DNA of 64,000 nt from Candidatus Magasanikbacteria bacterium UBA922 (lineage in GTDB: Bacteria; Patescibacteriota; Patescibacteriia; Magasanikbacterales; UBA922): positions 26,170-90,169 of the forward strand of contig DBDW01000009.1 in NCBI GenBank assembly GCA_002293825.1. The letters are read 5' to 3'. Below the pieces are notes generated by a model. That model saw only the letters and a list, made by a program, of their open reading frames with translations, made no database searches and was not told where the DNA came from. Made by a program: the position numbers and the translations under genes. The stretch's first letter is position 1. Each line of letters starts with the position of its first letter. Positions 43,233 through 53,700 of this stretch are shown one piece after another.

Positions 43233-43823
43233 ATGTTCATCGTCCTCTACGGCATCAATAATCTTGGCAAAAGCACCCAAGCAAAAATGTTAGTCGAAAG
43301 AATGAATAACGAAGGATATTCAGCCGAATACCTCAAATACCCCATCTACAACCAAGCGCCTGCAGGACCCATTATCAATGATTATTTACGAGAAGGAAAT
43401 ACTCACAGACTTAGCGCACGTGAAGCTCAACTGCTCTATGTACTAGATCGCACACAATACGAACCTGCGCTTAAAGAAAAATTGGAAAGCGGCGTACATA
43501 TCATTGCCGAAGATTATGTGGGAACTGGAATCAGCTGGGGAATAGGTGCCGGGGTCAATGAAAAATTTCTCAAAGATATAAACAATCACCTTCTCATCGA
43601 AGACGTTGCTTTTTTATTTGAAGGAGCACGTTTTATTGAAGCTACAGAAACCGGTCACAAACACGAAACAAATAACGAACTCATAGAAGCCGTGCGAAAA
43701 GCACATGACATGCTGGCTCAGGAACGTGGATGGATACGCATTAATGCAAATGAATCAATTCAAGATATTCATGAAAAACTTTGGAAAATAGTGCATGAAA
43801 AAATTAATAATTCAAAAAAATAA
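43233..43823 (+). CDS. tmk: Thymidylate kinase-like P-loop kinase
   Basis: IVLYGINNLGKSTQ P-loop, DRY-like region and lid consistent with the dTMP kinase family. It is divergent from canonical Tmk. Confidence 0.55.
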   Translation: MFIVLYGINNLGKSTQAKMLVERMNNEGYSAEYLKYPIYNQAPAGPIINDYLREGNTHRLSAREAQLLYVLDRTQYEPALKEKLESGVHIIAEDYVGTGISWGIGAGVNEKFLKDINNHLLIEDVAFLFEGARFIEATETGHKHETNNELIEAVRKAHDMLAQERGWIRINANESIQDIHEKLWKIVHEKINNSKK

Positions 43824-43874
43824 CCACTGTGTGATATACTTCTTAAGAAGAATAATGCTTAAATAATCATTCGT

Positions 43875-44642
43875 ATGCTTCCGACAATGTCTGATCTTGT
43901 GCGCAGGGCAAGTGCCCCCTATCGCTCACACCCCACACTCTTACTCAAATTTATTCTTTTGTTTTTCATTCCTATTTTTGCAATTGGAATTACTCGTTTT
44001 TCCCTCGATCTCATCGGACTCGTCTACGACATTATAGCGACAGGAACAATTGTACTCATGATAGGAGCAATTTCCATGTCACTACTGTCGCTCTGGACCA
44101 CCTTATCATACATCCAGGCAATTGCTGATATCGATGAAGGTAGACCAGTACGCACAGTCAAAGAATATTTCAAAAAAACATGGGGACTTATCTTACCTGT
44201 TTTTGGCCTCTCTTTAATAGTGGGATTGATTGTGGTAGGCGGATTTATACTATTAATTATTCCTGGTATTATTTTTGGAATCTGGTTCACCTTTATCGCC
44301 CAGGCACGCGTACTCGATCAAAAAAAAGGTTTCAGTGCATTAGGATTTAGTAGATCGTTGGTCAAAGGAAACTGGTGGGGTATATTTGGTAGAATTGTAG
44401 TAGGGATGTTGATCGTATTCGCAATCACCACAGTGTACCAAAACATCGTTAACATATTCTCACGCTTTGACATAAATACCCTTACTTTTCAAAAATTAAC
44501 CATCAGTGCATTCGTCCTAACAATCATTACCTCGATCGTACATGCCTCATTAAGCCCTTTTGCCACCAGTATCCCCACTATCCTATATCTTGATCTCAAA
44601 AAAACACTAGGTGCAACAGAAGACACAGGACATAAAGAATAA
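43875..44642 (+). CDS. Hypothetical polytopic membrane protein
   Basis: Six hydrophobic segments. No catalytic motif. Confidence 0.35.
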   Translation: MLPTMSDLVRRASAPYRSHPTLLLKFILLFFIPIFAIGITRFSLDLIGLVYDIIATGTIVLMIGAISMSLLSLWTTLSYIQAIADIDEGRPVRTVKEYFKKTWGLILPVFGLSLIVGLIVVGGFILLIIPGIIFGIWFTFIAQARVLDQKKGFSALGFSRSLVKGNWWGIFGRIVVGMLIVFAITTVYQNIVNIFSRFDINTLTFQKLTISAFVLTIITSIVHASLSPFATSIPTILYLDLKKTLGATEDTGHKE

Positions 44643-44743
44643 ACCATCACAAAAGTATAGCTGTAGACCCTATCGTTTTAGAAAAAATAGGGTCTTTTCT
44701 TTTGAGAAAAAGAATGATACGCTAAGGCGTAGTAAAAAAATGT

Positions 44744-46264
44744 ATGCCAAAACTTATCCCAATTATCGGAATGGAAGTACATGTGGAACTCAAAACACAT
44801 TCAAAAATGTTTTGTAGTTGTCCAAACAACCCAGACGAATCAAAACCAAATATCAATATTTGTGAAATCTGTACAGCTCAGCCAGGTACTCTTCCAGTAC
44901 CCAATAAAGCAGCAATTGCAATGACGGTAAAAATATCACAAGCACTTGGAGCATCAATTAGACCCCGCTCAAAATTTGACCGAAAACACTACTTCTATCC
45001 AGACTTGCCAAAAGGTTATCAGATTTCACAGTATGATGAACCAATTGGTGAACATGGCACACTCACACTTGAATTACCTCAAGGAGAAAATCCACGAGAT
45101 GAAGCACCGATCGGAATTCGACGCATTCATCTCGAAGAAGATACTTCGAAATTATTTCACGGTACCCATGGCACCCTTGTGGATTTTAATCGTGCTGGTA
45201 CTCCTCTAGTAGAAATTGTTACTGATCCTGATTTTATCTCCGCACTTGAAGCAAAGATCTACTGCCAAGAACTCAGAACACTTCTTCGCTCGCTCGATGT
45301 AAGTGATGCAGACATGGAAAAAGGTCACATGCGCTGTGAAGCAAATATCTCACTCCAAGAGGCAGGAACTTTTGAGATTATTAATGGTGAAGTGCGTTCA
45401 CTCAATGGAGCGAAACTCAACCCAAAAGTCGAATTAAAAAATCTAAACTCATTCAAAGCAGTAGAGAAAGGAATACTGTTTGAAATCGAACGTCAGACTC
45501 GAATGATTGAAGCTGGAGAATCATGGGTACAACAAACACGTGGCTGGAATGAAGATGAGGAAATCACTGTATTACAGCGCGTCAAAGAAAATGCAGCTGA
45601 TTATCGCTACTTCCCTGATCCAGATATTCCCCCATTCGAACCCATGATAATCGCAGGCACATTATCACTCCCCGAACTCCCACAAGCAAAACGAAAACGA
45701 TTCATAGAAGAATACAATCTGTCTCGCGCTGACGCAACACTCCTATCAGAAGACAAGATGTGGGCAAATTTCACCGAAGCAGTGATGAGCGAAGTCTCAG
45801 AATTAATCGAAGATGATATAGAAATACGCTCAAAAATTGCACGCCTTGTAGGTGGATGGATCACCAGCAAATTGATGGGTGGACTGGCTGAGCGAAATAT
45901 GAAAATTACAGATATCAAATTCACACCTGAAAATTTTGGTGAGCTTATTTCACTCATCTATGCTGAAAAAATCAATTCCACAAACGCACAAAAAATTCTA
46001 GGAATCATGCTTGACCATGATCGAGACATCGACCCTTCTCATATTATGGAAGAGCACGGTCTAGGACAAGTGAGAGACGCGAGTACTCTGAGCGCAATCG
46101 TTGATCAAGTTGTCAACGATTACCCTACGCAAGTGGCTGATTTTAAAGCAGGAAAAGAACCTATCCTCAAATTTCTCATTGGCATGGCGATGAAAGCCAC
46201 CGAAGGAAATGCTGACCCAAAAATGCTTGAAGAATTACTACGTGAAAAAATCAAAAATGTGTAA
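44744..46264 (+). CDS. gatB: Asp-tRNA(Asn)/Glu-tRNA(Gln) amidotransferase subunit B
   Basis: IIGMEVHVELKTHSKMFCSCPNN matches the GatB N-terminus. C-terminal GatB/YqeY domain. Confidence 0.85.
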   Translation: MPKLIPIIGMEVHVELKTHSKMFCSCPNNPDESKPNINICEICTAQPGTLPVPNKAAIAMTVKISQALGASIRPRSKFDRKHYFYPDLPKGYQISQYDEPIGEHGTLTLELPQGENPRDEAPIGIRRIHLEEDTSKLFHGTHGTLVDFNRAGTPLVEIVTDPDFISALEAKIYCQELRTLLRSLDVSDADMEKGHMRCEANISLQEAGTFEIINGEVRSLNGAKLNPKVELKNLNSFKAVEKGILFEIERQTRMIEAGESWVQQTRGWNEDEEITVLQRVKENAADYRYFPDPDIPPFEPMIIAGTLSLPELPQAKRKRFIEEYNLSRADATLLSEDKMWANFTEAVMSEVSELIEDDIEIRSKIARLVGGWITSKLMGGLAERNMKITDIKFTPENFGELISLIYAEKINSTNAQKILGIMLDHDRDIDPSHIMEEHGLGQVRDASTLSAIVDQVVNDYPTQVADFKAGKEPILKFLIGMAMKATEGNADPKMLEELLREKIKNV

Positions 46265-46267
46265 ACT

Positions 46268-46405
46268 ATGGAGGGATCAACACAAGAATTTTGTACATAC
46301 TGTTCCAAACCTAAAAACATTCTCTGGGTCCATGGACACGGGCAGTGCATACACTGTGGAATCAACACCGATGAATGCTGTAGAGGAGAATCATGCACAC
46401 AATAA
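46268..46405 (+). CDS. Small Cys-rich zinc-ribbon protein (45 aa), below the ORF-track cutoff
   Basis: Manual translation gives MEGSTQEFCTYCSKPKNILWVHGHGQCIHCGINTDECCRGESCTQ, with CxxC at C9/C12, a second CxxC at C27/C30 and three further Cys in a C-terminal CC..C cluster. It starts 3 nt after the gatB stop and is followed by a terminator. Confidence 0.4.
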   Translation: MEGSTQEFCTYCSKPKNILWVHGHGQCIHCGINTDECCRGESCTQ

Positions 46406-46407
46406 AA

Positions 46408-46433
46408 CGACCTACATAAGGGTCGTTTTTGTA
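46408..46433 (+). terminator. Rho-independent terminator
   Basis: acgacc-tacataag-ggtcgt hairpin followed by TTTTT. Confidence 0.5.
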
Positions 46434-46461
46434 TCTACACAAGCCATATCATCTCTCACCT

Positions 46462-47403
46462 TCATGATGTCAAAAATTTCTTGACCGCCGCTTCCGCAGA
46501 TGCAATATCAGAACACCATACAATATCCTTATCCCGCTTAAACCACGTTGCCTGACGTTTGGCATATTTTTTAGTATCCTTTTTCAACTGAGTAATCACC
46601 TGTTCAAGCGTACAATCTCCAGCTAAATACGATTTAAACTGTCGATACCCAATCCCACTCATACTGGGCAAATTCCACCCATACCTATGCTTCACCAAAA
46701 ACTGAACCTCACTCAAAAGCCCTGCAGTAAGCATACCATCGATACGACTATCAATACGTTCATGTAACACTTCACGCGGTACAGAAATTCCAAGTTTCAA
46801 CACGTTAAAAATAGGCTCCCCTTTCTTTTTTTGTTTTGAAAATTGATCACCCGATAGAATACACACTTCAAGTGCCCGAATCAGTCGACGTTTATTATGA
46901 GGATCGATCGAAGCAGCAGTATCAGGATCAAGTTTACCAAGTAAAGCCAATAATTCTGCAGGCGTTTTTTCCTCAAAACTCTCACGTAATTTTTTATTCG
47001 CAGGAATACGTGGAATTGTATAATTACTCACCAAAGCCTCAACATACAATCCAGTACCACCTACCACAAACGGTACAGCACCTGCGCGAGTAATAGACTT
47101 AATATGTTTAATTGCTCGATCACGAAATTCAGCCGCAGTGAATGTTTTCCCAGGATTCAAAAAATCGATCAGATGATGAGGGACCCCCTCGACATGAAAC
47201 ACTCTTCGCAAACCAACATATTTCCACTCGCCCGCAGGTTTTGCAGTCCCAATATTCATGTATTTATAAATTTGTCGAGAATCAGCAGAAATCACCTCTC
47301 CATCAAATTTTTTTGCAAGTTTTACACCCCAGTCTGTCTTGCCTGAAGTGGTAGGTCCGACCAATACAATAATTTTTGGTAAACTCGAAGTTTCCTTTCT
47401 CAT
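46462..47403 (-). CDS. miaA: tRNA dimethylallyltransferase
   Basis: P-loop VLVGPTTSGKT. DSRQIYKYMNIGTAKP. Confidence 0.85.
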   Translation of the reverse strand: MRKETSSLPKIIVLVGPTTSGKTDWGVKLAKKFDGEVISADSRQIYKYMNIGTAKPAGEWKYVGLRRVFHVEGVPHHLIDFLNPGKTFTAAEFRDRAIKHIKSITRAGAVPFVVGGTGLYVEALVSNYTIPRIPANKKLRESFEEKTPAELLALLGKLDPDTAASIDPHNKRRLIRALEVCILSGDQFSKQKKKGEPIFNVLKLGISVPREVLHERIDSRIDGMLTAGLLSEVQFLVKHRYGWNLPSMSGIGYRQFKSYLAGDCTLEQVITQLKKDTKKYAKRQATWFKRDKDIVWCSDIASAEAAVKKFLTS

Positions 47404-47484
47404 ATCGACATAGTTGCAAATATCGAGCTAAACTGACTATACTATAGCAAAAAAGAAATAAATAGGAAACGTACCTACCCTACT

Positions 47485-47937
47485 ATGACTATTCTCATAC
47501 ACAAACCCATCGGACAGACCAGCACAGACACGATCAGCCTCGTAAAAAAAGATATGGGCATACAAGATCTGTATCCAATCGATCATCTTCACGAAGAAAC
47601 CGAAGGATTACTCATACTCACTGAAAACTCAACTTCACCGACACTCCCAAGCGAATATGAAGTTATAATTGACCAATATCTCTCACGACAAGCGCAAAAC
47701 ATGCTTCCAAAAGGACTTGTTACTTCAGAACAAGTAATTCCTGGAATCGAACTAATCGAGGAAAAACACAAAGGCAAACGATCAGTCGTTCACCTAAAAG
47801 CAGCACGTACCACCGACACACAGCTACGCACACTATTTGAAACAATTGGATATCATGTAATAAGTATTCGTAGAATACGTCTAGGAGATTTTAAATTGGG
47901 AGTACTCTCTGCGGGAAGATGGAAAAAAATTAATTGA
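47485..47937 (+). CDS. Minimal pseudouridine synthase catalytic domain (RsuA/RluB-like) lacking the S4 domain
   Basis: ILIHKPIGQTS, and PIDHLHEETEGLLILTEN corresponds to the RsuA-family xRLDxDSxGLLLLTND catalytic motif. Confidence 0.5.
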   Translation: MTILIHKPIGQTSTDTISLVKKDMGIQDLYPIDHLHEETEGLLILTENSTSPTLPSEYEVIIDQYLSRQAQNMLPKGLVTSEQVIPGIELIEEKHKGKRSVVHLKAARTTDTQLRTLFETIGYHVISIRRIRLGDFKLGVLSAGRWKKIN

Positions 47938-48034
47938 GTTTACCATATAGCAAATACAATTTTTTGATTTCATAGACTTTCGACCATGTTCTTGCTATGA
48001 TATCCACATCATACACATCTATCTATTATTCAGT

Positions 48035-49108
48035 ATGGCAAGAAATTCTACACGAGCTACAGTAACCTTCGATCGAGTGCGTTCTATATTCTTTTTTGGA
48101 ATACTCGGATTACTCACTCTCGGCATGCTATATCTATTTCGCCCATTCTTCTACCCTATATTCTGGGCAGCAGTCACCGCAGCGGTCTTCTACCCCATGT
48201 ACAAAAAAATTTTTACATGGACCAAAAAACGTGAGGGGCTCAGTGCGTTTTTGTCAGTAATTGTCATCACATTTATTATTCTAATTCCATTGTTTACACT
48301 CTCAGCACTTGTCGTAAACGAATCCGTAGGTCTATACCAAAAAATATCTGAATCAGGTGTATTCAATAGTCCTCAACACGTATCATCATGGCTCGAAGGA
48401 ACACCACTCGCACCATATCTCGACACCATTCGTACCAATTGGACAGAGCATGCAGGAAAAATTACCCAGACAATTAGCTCTTTTCTCTTCAATAGTCTAA
48501 AAAGCACAGCTCAAGTGTCTGCAGGTGTTATCATCATGACTATAGTCATGCTCTACACACTCTACTATTTCTTCAAAGATGGAAAACGAATGTTGAATCG
48601 TCTCGGCCACATCTCACCTATTGGCTCAGAATACGAAGACATGCTCTACGATCGATTTACTTCGACCGTACGCTCGACACTCAAAAGTACAATCATTATT
48701 GGTGGCATTCAGGGACTACTCGGAGGAATACTCTTCTGGATTACTGGAATTGAAGGAGTACTTATCTGGAGTGTAATCATGGTAATCGTGGCAATTCTCC
48801 CTGCTATGGGCACCCCACTTATTCTCATTCCTGCCGCAATAATCATGTTTGCTATGGGCAATTTTTGGCAATCAATGGTACTCTTTGCAGGCACTGGAGT
48901 TATCAGTATCGTAGATAATATTCTACGCCCAATGCTGGTCGGCCGAGACACACAGATGCACCCGCTCATTATCTTTTTCAGCACACTTGGTGGAATCTTA
49001 ATATTCGGAGTTTCTGGATTTGTAATAGGTCCTGTAATTGCAGCTCTACATCTCTCTGTTCTCAGTATCTATGACTATTATTACAAGAAGCAATTGAATG
49101 AGGAATAA
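48035..49108 (+). CDS. AI-2E family transporter (UPF0118/PerM-like)
   Basis: Eight TM segments with the conserved central block of AI-2E family proteins. Confidence 0.6.
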   Translation: MARNSTRATVTFDRVRSIFFFGILGLLTLGMLYLFRPFFYPIFWAAVTAAVFYPMYKKIFTWTKKREGLSAFLSVIVITFIILIPLFTLSALVVNESVGLYQKISESGVFNSPQHVSSWLEGTPLAPYLDTIRTNWTEHAGKITQTISSFLFNSLKSTAQVSAGVIIMTIVMLYTLYYFFKDGKRMLNRLGHISPIGSEYEDMLYDRFTSTVRSTLKSTIIIGGIQGLLGGILFWITGIEGVLIWSVIMVIVAILPAMGTPLILIPAAIIMFAMGNFWQSMVLFAGTGVISIVDNILRPMLVGRDTQMHPLIIFFSTLGGILIFGVSGFVIGPVIAALHLSVLSIYDYYYKKQLNEE

Positions 49109-49119
49109 TTAAAAAGAGT

Positions 49120-49150
49120 AACAAAAAACCATCCGTACATACGGATGGTT
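49120..49150 (+). terminator. Rho-independent terminator
   Basis: aaccatccgtacatacggatggtttttta. Confidence 0.6.
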
Positions 49151-49193
49151 TTTTAAATTTACCGAATCGCCAATAAGCCAACCTTTTAATTCG

Positions 49194-49276
49194 TGCCGCG
49201 GGTGGGACTCGAACCCACACGACCTTGCGATCAAGGGATTTTAAGTCCCTCATGTCTACCATTCCATCACCGCGGC
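49194..49276 (-). tRNA. tRNA-Leu (anticodon UAA), type II, CCA not encoded
   Basis: Hand fold: acceptor gccgcgg/ccgcggc, anticodon stem aggga/tccct with loop cttaaaa, long variable arm, T-loop ttcgagt. Confidence 0.8.
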
Positions 49277-49310
49277 ATGTGGTCAAATTTACCACGCATA
49301 AAGCTAAAAA

Positions 49311-49892
49311 TCAAGCCTTCTTTGACTTTTTACTTCTAGAACGAGGTTTTTCCCATGGAATGTCTTGAATCCCCTCCCTGTGGTTTAGCCAACGAGCAAG
49401 TACAAACAAAAAATCACTCAGTCGATTCAAATACGGCACTACAAAACGATTGAGGGGCGTATGTTCCTGTGCCAAAGTCACCACACTACGCTCAGCTCTC
49501 CTGCATACCGCCCGAACAAAAAAAGCATAGGACCCTGCCTCACCACCACCTGGAAGAATGAACTGTGTAAGCGGTGGTAGTTCGGCGCTCATTCGATCTA
49601 TCGATTTCTCCAGTCTCGTAATATCACTCTTTCTAAGCTGGGGGATATTCCCAAGTGTAGTATGAATCGCGGCAATCATGGATCCCAAAGTAAAAAGATT
49701 ATGTTGAATCACACGAAGTGTATTTCGAACACGAAGTCGTCGATCATCTTCGACCTCTTCGATCAAAACACCAATACAACTATTGAGTTCATCTATCTCA
49801 CCAATCACATTGATTTCTAAACAATCTTTAGACACCCGCACACCGCCCAAAAGGGCAGTATTTCCACGATCTCCAGTTTTAGTATAAATTTT
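49311..49892 (-). CDS. ATP:cob(I)alamin adenosyltransferase, PduO type
   Basis: ORF 49311..49910. MKIYTKTGDRGNTALLGGVRVSKD is the PduO/MMAB N-terminal signature. Confidence 0.75.
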   Translation of the reverse strand, partial: KIYTKTGDRGNTALLGGVRVSKDCLEINVIGEIDELNSCIGVLIEEVEDDRRLRVRNTLRVIQHNLFTLGSMIAAIHTTLGNIPQLRKSDITRLEKSIDRMSAELPPLTQFILPGGGEAGSYAFFVRAVCRRAERSVVTLAQEHTPLNRFVVPYLNRLSDFLFVLARWLNHREGIQDIPWEKPRSRSKKSKKA

Positions 49893-49970
49893 CATAGTAC
49901 AAATACTCATCCTTGCGTTTACGATATAATCACTATATAGTAGTTTTTAAAGTCTATCTAGTATACCAAT

Positions 49971-50654
49971 ATGGAACACAATATCAAACACATCGCAGTC
50001 ATCATGGATGGAAACAGGACCTGGGCAACAGAAAAAGGATTACCCAAATTTTTGGGCCACACTGAGGGAGTGCAGGCACTAAAACGCGCACTCAAAGGTG
50101 TAATCGAACAAAATATTCCCTATTTCACAGCATGGGCACTCTCAACAGAAAATTTACAACGATCACAAGAAGAGCTAGATCACCTGTTTTCTTTATTCAA
50201 AAAAATACCTTCATCTCTTGGTGATTTTTCAAAAAACAATGTTCGTTTTAACACAATTGGAAATCTGGCACTGATTCCAAGTGATGTAAAAGAAGCACTA
50301 GAAGATTTGATGAAAAAAACAGAACACCACACCGGACTTGTGTTCACTTTGGCGATTGCGTATGGAGGGAGAGATGAAATCATTCGATCCGTACAAAAAA
50401 TTATCAAATCAGGAATAAGTTCAGAAGAAATAAATGAACAAAAATTTGAAAATTTTTTAGACACTGCCAATATGCCTGAAGTAGACCTCGTAATCAGGAC
50501 CGGTGGATATCAGCGTCTCTCTGGATACCTCCCCTGGCAATCTACCTACGCAGAACTATACTTTACATCACTCAAATTTCCTGATTTCAACGAAAAAGAA
50601 CTTGATAAAGCAATACAATGGTTCAATGAACAAGAAAGAAAGAGAGGAAAATAA
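49971..50654 (+). CDS. uppS: Undecaprenyl-diphosphate synthase (cis-isoprenyl transferase)
   Basis: HIAVIMDGNRTWA, C-terminal RTGGYQRLSGYLPWQ. Confidence 0.85.
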   Translation: MEHNIKHIAVIMDGNRTWATEKGLPKFLGHTEGVQALKRALKGVIEQNIPYFTAWALSTENLQRSQEELDHLFSLFKKIPSSLGDFSKNNVRFNTIGNLALIPSDVKEALEDLMKKTEHHTGLVFTLAIAYGGRDEIIRSVQKIIKSGISSEEINEQKFENFLDTANMPEVDLVIRTGGYQRLSGYLPWQSTYAELYFTSLKFPDFNEKELDKAIQWFNEQERKRGK

Positions 50655-50749
50655 AAAATTCTTGTTAATGCGTCAGTAAAAATCCAGAGCCCTGCTCCAT
50701 AATTCAATAAAACTGCCAAATATTTGGCAGTTTTATGTTTTATTGAGTC

Positions 50750-53700
50750 TTAGCTACATCCAAGCGAATCTCCACAGTTCAAGCATTTGTAACACGCGCC
50801 ATTACGTACGGTGATGTGCCCACACGTAGGACACGCTGGTGCATCACCCATCATCTCACCAAGAGCGGCATCAGACGCACTTACCGGACCCACCGGTGCA
50901 TCTTCTATAAGCTGTGGCTGAGTTTCTGTCACCGCAGAAGCTGCGGGAGACACGGGTTTTTCGAGTGGAATCATTTCTTGCAAAGCATGCGTACGTGCAA
51001 GTGCATCAAATTTATTTTTCTGCACGCCTTTCGGAGGTACTTGGACAAAATCAGTGCGTCCCAAATATTCCATTCCGAGCACACGGAATACAAAATCAAT
51101 AATTGAGGTACAGTTTTTGATATTTGGATGATCGGTAAAGCCACTTGGTTCGAATCGAGTAAAGACAAAATTCTCTACATATTTTTCAAGCGGTACACCA
51201 TACTGTAAGCCCATTGATACCGAAACCGCAAACATGTTGAGTAGACTTCGGACCGCAGCACCTTCTTTATACATATCGATAAAGATTTCAGCAAGTTTTC
51301 CATCTGGATATTCACCTGTGCGAAGCCAAATTTGCTGATTTCCCACCTTTGCAGCCACCGTAATGCCACTACGCTTTGCAGGAAGTCTGCGTTTCTCTCC
51401 ATGAAGATATACTCGTCGTTCAGCAACTTCCCCATCTCTCGTGTATGACTCAAGTGAACTGCTCACACCTGCATGCTTACTCAAAATCTGACTTGCTTGC
51501 ATCAATGCATCACTCATTTGATCGGTCGCAAGCACAGGTGCAGTCACTGCTGCTACAGGAACCTCTGCCTGCGCAGTCGCTGTAGCAGTTTCTTTTTTCG
51601 TTTCTGCCGCGTCTTCTTTCTTTTGCGAACCCGTAGAAAGTGGTTGTGAGAGCTTACAGCCATCACGATACAGTGCTACGGCCTTTAATCCTACTTTCCA
51701 CGATTCTTCATACGCGTGCTTCACCTCTTCGACAGTGACTTCGTGAGGCATGTTGATGGTCTTTGAAATCGCACCTGAAAGAAATGGTTGTACCGCTGCC
51801 ATCATCTTTACATGTCCCATGTAATGAATAAATCGTTTTCCTTTCTTTCCATTTTTATTCGCAGTATCAAACACTGAATAATGAATTGCCTGAAGTCCTG
51901 GCGCACCTTCAATAGTCATCGTTCCACATACATATTCATTCGCCTCTTCGATTTCAGCTTCAGTAAATCCAAGCGCTGCAAGCATGTTGAACTTAGGATC
52001 GTTATACTCAGCTTCAGTAAATCCGGCTCGTTTCATCGCTTCCTCACCCAGTGTCCAGACATTGCATGCGAATTTAATATCAAACGCACCCTCTAATGCT
52101 TTATTAATAGCTGCAATATCAACATCGATCAAGCCTTTTGTAGCAAGAGATTTCGCATTGATGTGTGGGGCATTCGTAATATCAGCAGTACCACGCATAT
52201 AGTTGAGAATGCGAGTTATCTGATCTGGAGCATATCCCAGTTGCTCGAGCGCTACAGGCACCGCATCATTCACGATACGGAAATATCCTCCACCAGCAAG
52301 TTTTTTGAATTTGACGAGTGCAAAATCAGGTTCTACACCAGTCGTCGCACAATCCATCAAAAGTCCAATGGTTCCCGTAGGAGCAAGTAACGTAGTCTGA
52401 GCATTACGATACCCATACATCTCACCCATTTCTACAGCCTCATTCCAACTTTCACGAGCAGCAGCCAGGAGATATGCAGGAGCATGTTCAGGTTTAATAC
52501 CAATAGGTTTTACGACCAATTTTTCGTATTCATGATCAGGGGTGTTAAACGCTGCTCGACGATGATTTCTCATCACACGCATCATGTGTTCTCGATTGAG
52601 TTCAAATTTTGGAAATGGTCCCAAAAATTTAGCCATCTCAGCTGAAGTCTTATAACTCTCGGCAGTCATAATAGCAGTAATCGAACCAGCAAACGCATAT
52701 GCTTCTTCTGATTCGTATGGAATTCCTGCAGTCATAAGTACCGAACCAATATTCGCATATCCTAATCCAAGGGTACGGAAATCAAAACTTCCTTGTGCAA
52801 TCTCTCGACTTGGGAACTGTGCCATCAACACACTAATCTCAAGTACTGTCGTCCACACACGTACTCCATGCTTGAATGCAGGAACATCAAAATTACTGGT
52901 TGCAGGGTCAAAAAAGTGCATGAGGTTAAGTGAGGCCAAATTACATGCAGTATTATCGAGGAACATGTATTCAGAACATGGATTTGAGCCATTGATACGA
53001 CCAGACGCAGGACACGTATGCCATTCATTAATAGTGCCATCATATTGTACTCCTGGATCAGCACACGCCCACGCAGCAAAAGCAATTTTATCCCACAAAT
53101 CACGTGCTTTTAGTGTCTTGCACACGCTTCCATCTGTTCTCCATGTGAGATTCCATGATGAACCATTCTTAATTGCATCCATGAATTTATGAGGAACACG
53201 AACAGAGTTGTTTGAATTCTGTCCAGCAACGGTCTGATATGCCTCACCTTCATAGTCAGAAGGATAGCCTGCAGCAATAAGAGCGGCAACCTTTTTTTCC
53301 TCCTCCACTTTCCAGTCAATAAATTTTTCTACATCAGGGTGATCGAGGTCTACAATAACCATCTTTGCAGCACGTCTCGTCGTACCGCCTGATTTAATCG
53401 CTCCAGCAGCACGATCTCCAATTCTAAGCCAGCTCATGAGACCACTTGATTTTCCACCTCCAGAAAGAGGTTCTCCTGAGCCACGAAGTCCAGAGAAATT
53501 AGTTCCTGTCCCTGACCCATATTTGAATAATCGAGCTTCCCGGGTCCAGAGATCCATAATTCCACCTTCACCGACCAAATCATCGCGCACAGACTGAATA
53601 AAACACGCATGTGGTTGTGGATGAGAATATGCGTCTTTTGCTTTGGTCATGACACCTGTGTCGGGATCGACATAATAATGCCCCTGTGCCCCACTATTGA

